Source: an uncultured Candidatus Saccharibacteria bacterium
GTDB lineage: Bacteria; Patescibacteriota; Minisyncoccia; Phycocordibacterales; CSBR16-119
NCBI GenBank assembly: GCA_964355515.1
Contig: CAYHDV010000003.1
Span: 7,914-71,913 of the forward strand
Length of the DNA: 64,000 nucleotides
Direction of reading: 5' to 3'
How positions within the stretch are numbered: position 1 is the first letter of the stretch; every line of letters begins with the position of its first letter. Of the stretch, positions 57,778-64,000 are shown piece by piece. The position numbers were made by a program, and so were the translations under genes. Below the pieces are notes generated by a model, which ran no database searches, had not been told where the DNA came from, and worked only from the letters and a program-made list of their open reading frames with translations.

Positions 57778-58275
57778 TTAAGACGAGCCCTTGTGGATAT
57801 GTGCATTTTTCATATAAGCAAAAGCAGTTATTCCGACAGCAATAGCATCTATTTCGTCATCAATATACTTTCTTTTTTCGAGCGCACAGATAAGAGAAAC
57901 CATTTTGTGAACCTCTGTCTTGCTTGCTCCTCCGTGCCCCGCAACAGCTGATTTTATTTGAAGGGGGGTGAACTCAGAGACTGTCAGCCCTTTTGTTTTG
58001 GCGGTGTAGATCATTGCTCCACGAGCCTCAGATACCGCCATTACTGTTTTTTGGTTATTGGCAAAGAATAGGTTTTCTATTGCAAAAACAGTAGGCTTAT
58101 ATTCCTCGATAAGAAATTCTAAATGTTGCCCAATATCAAAAATCCTATCAGCCACATCCTTTTTCTTTTCTGTTTGGAAACACTCAGAAAAAACAATCTG
58201 CTCTTTCCCGGAAACTTTTTCCAAAACAGCTATACCCACCCGGTCATACCCAGGATCAATTGCTAAAATTCTCAT
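57778..58275 (-). CDS. ruvC: Holliday junction resolvase RuvC
   Basis: MRILAIDPG, AIENLFF, EARG, FTPLQIK.AV.G.G.A.K, DD..DAIA. Confidence 0.96.
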   Translation of the reverse strand: MRILAIDPGYDRVGIAVLEKVSGKEQIVFSECFQTEKKKDVADRIFDIGQHLEFLIEEYKPTVFAIENLFFANNQKTVMAVSEARGAMIYTAKTKGLTVSEFTPLQIKSAVAGHGGASKTEVHKMVSLICALEKRKYIDDEIDAIAVGITAFAYMKNAHIHKGSS

Positions 58276-58310
58276 GACTTTAGTATACAAGAAATAGGTA
58301 GAGTTTGTTT

Positions 58311-58841
58311 TTACTCTGCACTTGTATACACATCCTGCACATCATCATGCTCCTCGATTGCGTCTATTATTCTTTCTAGTTTTTCACCATCTTCTTCGTT
58401 TATTTCCATTGTGGTGTTTGGTTCCCAGTCTCCAGTCTCTTGATTTTTTGTAAAATTCCAAGCCACTGATCCTTGAGCCCCAAAGGATGCACCGTTTTTA
58501 CTCAAAAGATGTTTGATCTCAGAATTTGTCCTGTTGTTATTATCTGTGAGCGCTGTGATGATGATCCCAATACCTGCTGGTCCATAAGCCTCAAACATTA
58601 CCGGCTGAACATCTCCCATCTCTGATGCTTTCTTGATAGCCCTCTCTATATTGTCTTTTGGCATGTTGGCTTTGTTTGCTTTTTCTATTGCCATTTTAAG
58701 TCCAGGCGAATCTATGTTGCCATTTGATTTTTTTGCTTCAACTTGAATTAGTCTTACAAGTTTACCAAAGATGGCAGACTTTTTTGAATCACTCGCCGCT
58801 TTTTTGTGTTTTATTTTACTCCATTTGTTGTGTCCTGACAT
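58311..58841 (-). CDS. yebC: YebC/PmpR family protein (shortened, 176 aa)
   Basis: MSGHNKWSKIKHKK, NMPKDNIERAI, TDNNNRT, EHDDVQDVY. Confidence 0.93.
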   Translation of the reverse strand: MSGHNKWSKIKHKKAASDSKKSAIFGKLVRLIQVEAKKSNGNIDSPGLKMAIEKANKANMPKDNIERAIKKASEMGDVQPVMFEAYGPAGIGIIITALTDNNNRTNSEIKHLLSKNGASFGAQGSVAWNFTKNQETGDWEPNTTMEINEEDGEKLERIIDAIEEHDDVQDVYTSAE

Positions 58842-58855
58842 AAATATAAAATTAA

Positions 58856-59830
58856 TTAAATCTTCTGAATTCCTAAATGCTCATATGCTTTGTCTGTGGC
58901 GACTCGTCCACGAGAAGTTTTGTCGAGGAGTCCCTGTTGGATCATGTATGGCTCGATCACATCTTCTATTGTGGACTCGTCTTCTCCTGTGGCAGCAGCG
59001 ATAGTTTTTAACCCCACAGGTCCACCACTGAATTTTTCTATAATTGTCCGGAGGATGAATCTGTCATTTTCAAACAGACCTAGGTCGTCAACCCCTAGTA
59101 ATTCTAGGGCCTCCTTTACTCTTGCATCATCTAATCCTTCGTTTTTTACTTGAGCGTAGTCTCGACATCTTTTGAGGAAATAGTTTGCTGTTCGGGGCGT
59201 TGATCTACTTCTTCTGGCAATTTCTTTTGTAGCACCCTCGGTAAGTGGAGTTTCTAGTTTTTGTGCGGATTGGGTTATTATTTTCCCTAGTTCTTCTTCT
59301 GTGTAGTATTCAAGTCTGTGAACCCCGCCTGAGAACCGTGAACGAAGTGGGGCAGAGAGAAGAGACATCTTTGTTGTTGCGGCCACAAGTGTGAAGGCTG
59401 GTAGGTCTAGCTGGATAGTTCTAGCTGATGGGCCTTTACCGATAATAATATCCAAGACCCCAGACTCCATGGCAGGGTAGAGGACTTCTTCGATGAGTTT
59501 GTTTAGTCGATGAATCTCATCTATAAATAAAATATCACCCGGCTCTAGGTTTGTGAGGATGCTTGCCAAGTCTCCAACTTTTTCTATAGCTGGGCCACTT
59601 GTTGTTTTTAGGTTCCGTCCAGTTTCTTTGGCTATCAAGTGCGCGAGAGTTGTCTTACCAAGGCCAGGTGGCCCGTAGAATAGCAGGTGATCTGCGGGTT
59701 GGTTTCGCTGTTTAGCAGCCTCAAGAAGAATATGAAGGTTCTTTTTTATACCTTCTTGTCCAATATATGTTTCCCAAGAATTTGGCCTGAGACTTTGATC
59801 CAGATGGTCGATTTTTTGGTTATCTTTCAT
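58856..59830 (-). CDS. ruvB: Holliday junction branch migration helicase RuvB (start re-assigned to 59830)
   Basis: [38 protein letters not shown]. Confidence 0.97.
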   Translation of the reverse strand: MKDNQKIDHLDQSLRPNSWETYIGQEGIKKNLHILLEAAKQRNQPADHLLFYGPPGLGKTTLAHLIAKETGRNLKTTSGPAIEKVGDLASILTNLEPGDILFIDEIHRLNKLIEEVLYPAMESGVLDIIIGKGPSARTIQLDLPAFTLVAATTKMSLLSAPLRSRFSGGVHRLEYYTEEELGKIITQSAQKLETPLTEGATKEIARRSRSTPRTANYFLKRCRDYAQVKNEGLDDARVKEALELLGVDDLGLFENDRFILRTIIEKFSGGPVGLKTIAAATGEDESTIEDVIEPYMIQQGLLDKTSRGRVATDKAYEHLGIQKI

Positions 59831-60036
59831 TGTGTATAGTATAGCATTGTATAGTTTTCTTTCGAAAAGCTTGACAAATATATATAAACATGCTAAGATG
59901 TATTTTAGTAGGGTTTTTATTCTAAAAAACCCTTGAAAAATAAAGGCAAAAACCAATCTGCTTTTTTAAATGAAAAAAGTATTGACATTAAAGTGTGGAT
60001 AGGTATGATGTATACTCATTTGTTTTTTATTGACAA

Positions 60037-60212
60037 AAGAAGAAAAGAAAGCTCTAACCTCTAAGTAATCAGCGTTCGCTCGCCCTGCAGTTTTAAAAAG
60101 GACGTCTTGGTTTCCGGTCCGCCGGATTTACTGTGGCTATCCTCTGAGACTCTGCTACATTTAAGACACAGTTTTAAATGGATTGTTTGGGGGTTAGAAC
60201 TTTTTTCTTTTT
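60037..60212 (+). ncRNA. Candidate structured ncRNA (6S-like or unknown)
   Basis: 18-bp closing stem with 4 G-U pairs (60053-60070/60181-60198), internal hairpins, upstream TTGACA-16-TATGAT (59982-60009), downstream terminator 60215-60250. Confidence 0.55.
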
Positions 60213-60259
60213 ACAAAAAATCCCAAGTACATAATTACTTGGGATTTTTTATATTTATT

Positions 60260-61972
60260 TTAATATACTTCAGACAAGTCAACAGATCGCTCTACTTCTT
60301 CGAGAGTTGTTATCCCTTTAAGAATTTTTATAACCCCGTCTTCTTGCATTGTTAGAAATCCTTGTTTGGCAGCGACTTCTCGTATTTCTCTTTCACTTGG
60401 GTTTGTGGGTATTATTTTTTCTATTTGCTCATCTGCTGCCACAGCTTCAAACACACCGAGTCTGCCTTTATATCCAGTTGGAGCTTTGTCGCAGCCAACA
60501 GGAGAGAAAATCACATATTCCTTTTTTTCTATGAGAGAAATATCTATTCCATATTTACTAAAATCTTTTCCTTGAGAAATTCCATGTTTGAGTACTTGGA
60601 GTATTTTTTTATGCTCGTCTTCTGTTGGAGGTAGACTCTTTTTTGTCTCTGGATAAAGAACGCGAACAAGTCTTTGAGCAATAGCGAGAGAAAGGGCAGA
60701 AGGAATAGTCTTTGCATTTACCCCAAGATCAATAAGCCTGGGGATTGCTCCTGCCGCATTGTTTGTGTGGAGAGTGGAGAACACGATGTGTCCAGTAAGA
60801 GCGGACTCCACAGCAATCTTGGCTGTTTCCCCATCTCGGATTTCTCCCACCATGATTACCTCTGGATCTTGGCGAAGAGCACTTCGAAGTCCTTCTAGAA
60901 AAGTGTAGCCTTTTCTCTGGTCAACCTGAGTTTGGGTGATTCCTCGTAGGTGATATTCGACAGGATCCTCGATGGTGATAATCTTTTTCTCAGTAGAGTA
61001 GATTTTTTGGAGGAAAGAATAAAGACTTGTTGTCTTCCCGGAACCAGTAGGTCCGGTAAGGATTATAAGCCCATTTGGTTTTGATATTTCTAGAGTTACT
61101 CTTTCAAGTAAATATGGATCCATACCCAGGCTTTCCATTCCCACCTGAATATTCCTAGGGTCAAGAAGCCTCATAACGAGAGATTCTCCATAAGCTCCAG
61201 GGATGGCTGAAGATCGAATATTAATTTCTTCACCTTCAATCATGATAGAGAAACGACCATCTTGGTTTTTGTTCATGATGGTGATTTTCATCCCAGATAA
61301 GAGCTTGATTCTTGCTCGAAGAAGTTTAAACATAACCTCTGGAAAAGAAATAATCTCTTGGAGGATGCCATCTATTCGAAGACGAAGACGGATAGAATCT
61401 TCTTCTGGCTCAACATGGATATCAGAGGCACCGAGCCCAATACTTGCAGCAAGAATAGCTTCAAGGAGAGTGGAAACAGAAGAAGATCCTCCTTGGTCAA
61501 CAATTTCTTGAAGAACCAACCTTGCTGTTTTTAGAGTTTTTGTTTTTTCTTTTAAGGTTTCAAGTGATTCATTGTGAATATCAAGACTTCCTTTGCTTGA
61601 TTGCTTGGTTAGAGAGATTTCTTTGTACCTTGCGAGAACTTTGTTTACACTTCTCTCCGACGCCATAAAAAGGTTTGGATGATATCCTTGTTTTTTTAAT
61701 TCTTCAACCAAAAGAGAGGTCAGTTCTGATTCTGGTGAACGAACAGCCAGGTCGACACTCTTTCCTTTTATATGGAAAGCTCCAACCATGGCTTCTCTTG
61801 CCACTTCTTCTGGAACTGTCTCCATAGCTGAGTTTTCTATGATTACTTGCTGGAGGTTTATATAGGGTAGATCAAATTTTGTGCTCGCAAGCATTTGGAT
61901 CAGGTCTTCCTCCTCTTCTTTCCGAAACTCTTGGAGTTTTTGGTTTTGATAGTCGTCTTTAAAAGTTGCCAT
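60260..61972 (-). CDS. pilB: GspE/PilB type IV pilus assembly ATPase
   Basis: ASDIHVEP, QDGRF, TGPTGSGKTT, TIEDPVEY, LRQDPEVIMVGEIRD, TGHIVFSTLHTN, GYKGR. Confidence 0.92.
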   Translation of the reverse strand: MATFKDDYQNQKLQEFRKEEEEDLIQMLASTKFDLPYINLQQVIIENSAMETVPEEVAREAMVGAFHIKGKSVDLAVRSPESELTSLLVEELKKQGYHPNLFMASERSVNKVLARYKEISLTKQSSKGSLDIHNESLETLKEKTKTLKTARLVLQEIVDQGGSSSVSTLLEAILAASIGLGASDIHVEPEEDSIRLRLRIDGILQEIISFPEVMFKLLRARIKLLSGMKITIMNKNQDGRFSIMIEGEEINIRSSAIPGAYGESLVMRLLDPRNIQVGMESLGMDPYLLERVTLEISKPNGLIILTGPTGSGKTTSLYSFLQKIYSTEKKIITIEDPVEYHLRGITQTQVDQRKGYTFLEGLRSALRQDPEVIMVGEIRDGETAKIAVESALTGHIVFSTLHTNNAAGAIPRLIDLGVNAKTIPSALSLAIAQRLVRVLYPETKKSLPPTEDEHKKILQVLKHGISQGKDFSKYGIDISLIEKKEYVIFSPVGCDKAPTGYKGRLGVFEAVAADEQIEKIIPTNPSEREIREVAAKQGFLTMQEDGVIKILKGITTLEEVERSVDLSEVY

Positions 61973-62129
61973 AGGTAAATTATAGCTTACTTGCTACTTT
62001 TCCCGCGGGGAATATGGGTAAAAAGCCTCTTTCTAGACAACCCAAAAAGAGACTGAGGGGGTATTGACAATACAATCCTTTTATGCTAGACTTAACAAAA
62101 ATAGAAACAGAACCTTAAAAACCAAGAAC

Positions 62130-64000
62130 ATGAAAAAAACAGTCATGATTTTGCTGATGATGGTTTCCTTTGCTGGAAATCTCTTGGCGCAGAAAAAAGA
62201 TGCTTGCACCAAGCCGTTCGCGGCTATGGGTGAGTATCAGGAATTCCTTGTTGAAGATGGCTTTTCGGAGTCAGAAGCACAAGACGCAGCCGTGGGGAGC
62301 CTCGTGGCTTTTCATACCGGGGGAGACATGAATTACAAAGGGGTCGATTACTCCTTTGTGGGCGCAAAAAGCATCCACAACTCTGACTTCGAGTCAGAGG
62401 GTAATCGACTAACCCTTTTCCATCACCATTTGAGGATGATGGAAAGCGCTCTCCGCATAAGCGGTCAGCGTCCGGTGGATTATGTTCTCTCTGAGGGCGA
62501 GGCCCGTATGATTCTCAAAGATTCAATCTCCATTTCGGTGGAGGTTGTCACACAACCATTCCAAATCATGAACTCGATGTGGGACATGTGTAACGACAGG
62601 GCCACAGAGACCCTGGATACACTGGCTGTTGGAGAAACCTTTGTGAATTTTCTTTTGGGAGACATCGTCCTTTTCAGGGTGAAACTTAAATGTTCAAACC
62701 CGTTTCCTGGCCCGCTTCAAATGAAGGAGGTCTTAGAAAAAGAAGTAGTCGTTCACCTAACATGGGAAGACGATGAAAGACAAAGGAAAGAGAACGTGGG
62801 CGATACAACCATCGTGAAAAAAGAGGCTTCTTCTGGCGGTGCGACCGCAAGCGTTGGAGATATCAATATCACCAACGAGATCAGCGGCCTTGGAGGGCAA
62901 CTATCTCAGGCTGGATATTATCCAGGACCGGGGTTTTATGCTTCTGCATCTGTGGGGATGAGTGCTGGTTACCAGCCCATGTATAGCGGTGGAGGGATGG
63001 TTGGTTTTGGTGGCAATAGCTGCTATGGGCCTTCTTTGTCTCTCAACTTCTTCTGTTACTTGTTCAATTCGAACAATAACACATGGCAACAATCGAACGG
63101 TCAGGGTGGTTATACAAGTTGTGGGAATCCTTTCTACGGAGGGGATACATACAATTACTATTACAACATTTATGAGGACAATTCCACGACAATCGTGGAC
63201 TCATACAATGTTGATGACCATTCTTATGTCGACAACAGCAACGTGATCAATTGGATGGGTGGAACCCTTCCAAACGATTCAACCCCTGGTGGAGGTGGAG
63301 ACAATCCTAATCCATTGCCAAACGATTCAACCCCTGGTGGAGGCAGTGAAAAACGTGATTTCTCAAGTCGAGATCTCGCTGTTAAGACGATTCCAAAGAC
63401 CAAGGAAACAACTGCCTCTAGAGACCTTGCGGTTTCAAGGCAGGAGCCGAGGAAGGTTGATGTTCAGCCAAGCAAGAGTGTTGGGAAAGTGAGCTTGCCT
63501 GCGATGGTGACTGGCACGAGAGATCTTAATGTAAAACAGATCAATCGTAATCCCGGGAAGGTGACAATGGCTACTGCAATTCGAGAATCTGTTCAACCCG
63601 CTAAAAGTCATCAACCTGAAAGGGTGACCATGGCAGAAGCGAGCACAACTAAATCGATTTCAGAACCGACCAAAAGTCCGTCTGGAGGTAGGGTGACCAT
63701 GGCAACTGCTACTCGAAATGCTGGTACAGCATCTTCCTTGCCTCCAAAGTCTGGAGATCGGGTAAGTATGTCAACAGCCACTCGCGGTCAGTCAGTGACC
63801 GAGCCAAGCCGGAATCAACCTGAAAGGGTAAGCATGGCAATGGCAAGTAAGCCGCAATCTGTTGTAAGTCCGACCAAAAGTCATCAGCCAGAAAGGCTGA
63901 CGATGGCAAATACAAGTCGGCCGCAGGTCCAAGCTCCATCTCCAAACAGAGGAGGTCAAGTAGGAAACTCTCCTGGTAAAACCCTTCAAGCTCCATCGGT
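62130..64000 (+). CDS. Large secreted low-complexity/repeat protein, truncated by window end (absent from ORF track)
   Basis: Hand-translated open frame from ATG 62130 to the window end; signal peptide MKKTVMILLMMVSFAGNLLA-Q; promoter TTGACA-17-TAGACT at 62064-62092. Confidence 0.85.
   Translation, partial: MKKTVMILLMMVSFAGNLLAQKKDACTKPFAAMGEYQEFLVEDGFSESEAQDAAVGSLVAFHTGGDMNYKGVDYSFVGAKSIHNSDFESEGNRLTLFHHHLRMMESALRISGQRPVDYVLSEGEARMILKDSISISVEVVTQPFQIMNSMWDMCNDRATETLDTLAVGETFVNFLLGDIVLFRVKLKCSNPFPGPLQMKEVLEKEVVVHLTWEDDERQRKENVGDTTIVKKEASSGGATASVGDINITNEISGLGGQLSQAGYYPGPGFYASASVGMSAGYQPMYSGGGMVGFGGNSCYGPSLSLNFFCYLFNSNNNTWQQSNGQGGYTSCGNPFYGGDTYNYYYNIYEDNSTTIVDSYNVDDHSYVDNSNVINWMGGTLPNDSTPGGGGDNPNPLPNDSTPGGGSEKRDFSSRDLAVKTIPKTKETTASRDLAVSRQEPRKVDVQPSKSVGKVSLPAMVTGTRDLNVKQINRNPGKVTMATAIRESVQPAKSHQPERVTMAEASTTKSISEPTKSPSGGRVTMATATRNAGTASSLPPKSGDRVSMSTATRGQSVTEPSRNQPERVSMAMASKPQSVVSPTKSHQPERLTMANTSRPQVQAPSPNRGGQVGNSPGKTLQAPS

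Noticed and set aside
62480-63996. Short ORFs listed in the track at 62.4-64 kb
   Set aside because: All are off-frame or antisense to the single long ORF starting at 62130.
1-64000. Alternative genetic code (TGA=Gly, code 25), prophage, DGR or retron
   Set aside because: Long conserved genes translate intact with code 11 and the ORFs ending at 1162, 7809 and 19402 stop at TGA; no phage structural genes or reverse transcriptase were seen.

Overview
AT-rich chromosomal window that looks like a Patescibacteria (CPR/Parcubacteria-type) genome. The assignment is inferred from gene content and style: CPR-type PrgI/VirB4/VirB6/pilin locus, shortened YebC, tRNA-Arg(TCG), almost no Shine-Dalgarno sites. 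The window spans the origin region (yidC-yidD-rnpA-rpmH <-> dnaA-oriC-dnaN) and housekeeping genes (clpP, rny, HU, ung, cca, xth, Xer recombinase, rpsO, comM, pcrA, rsmA, PBP1A, tyrS, ruvC, yebC, ruvB, pilB). It also holds three tRNAs and a ~15 kb T4SS-like cluster. The most unusual signals are non-coding: (1) a minus-strand array of orphan genes at 0.85-3.4 kb whose junctions carry paired, covarying hairpins; (2) two ~427-bp structured direct repeats bracketing a single beta-propeller gene just upstream of a Xer recombinase; (3) a triplicated tRNA-Gly 3' end with ~200-bp structured inserts; (4) a promoter- and terminator-bounded ~180-nt candidate ncRNA at 60.0-60.2 kb; (5) seven parS-like sites interleaved with a RAYT-type transposase that carries its own REP palindrome in-frame; (6) pervasive leaderless gene architecture (-10 box 6-8 nt before ATG) in core genes, contrasting with stand-alone orphan genes that have full -35/-10 promoters and A-rich leaders. 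All calls come from reading the sequence only; no database searches were run.
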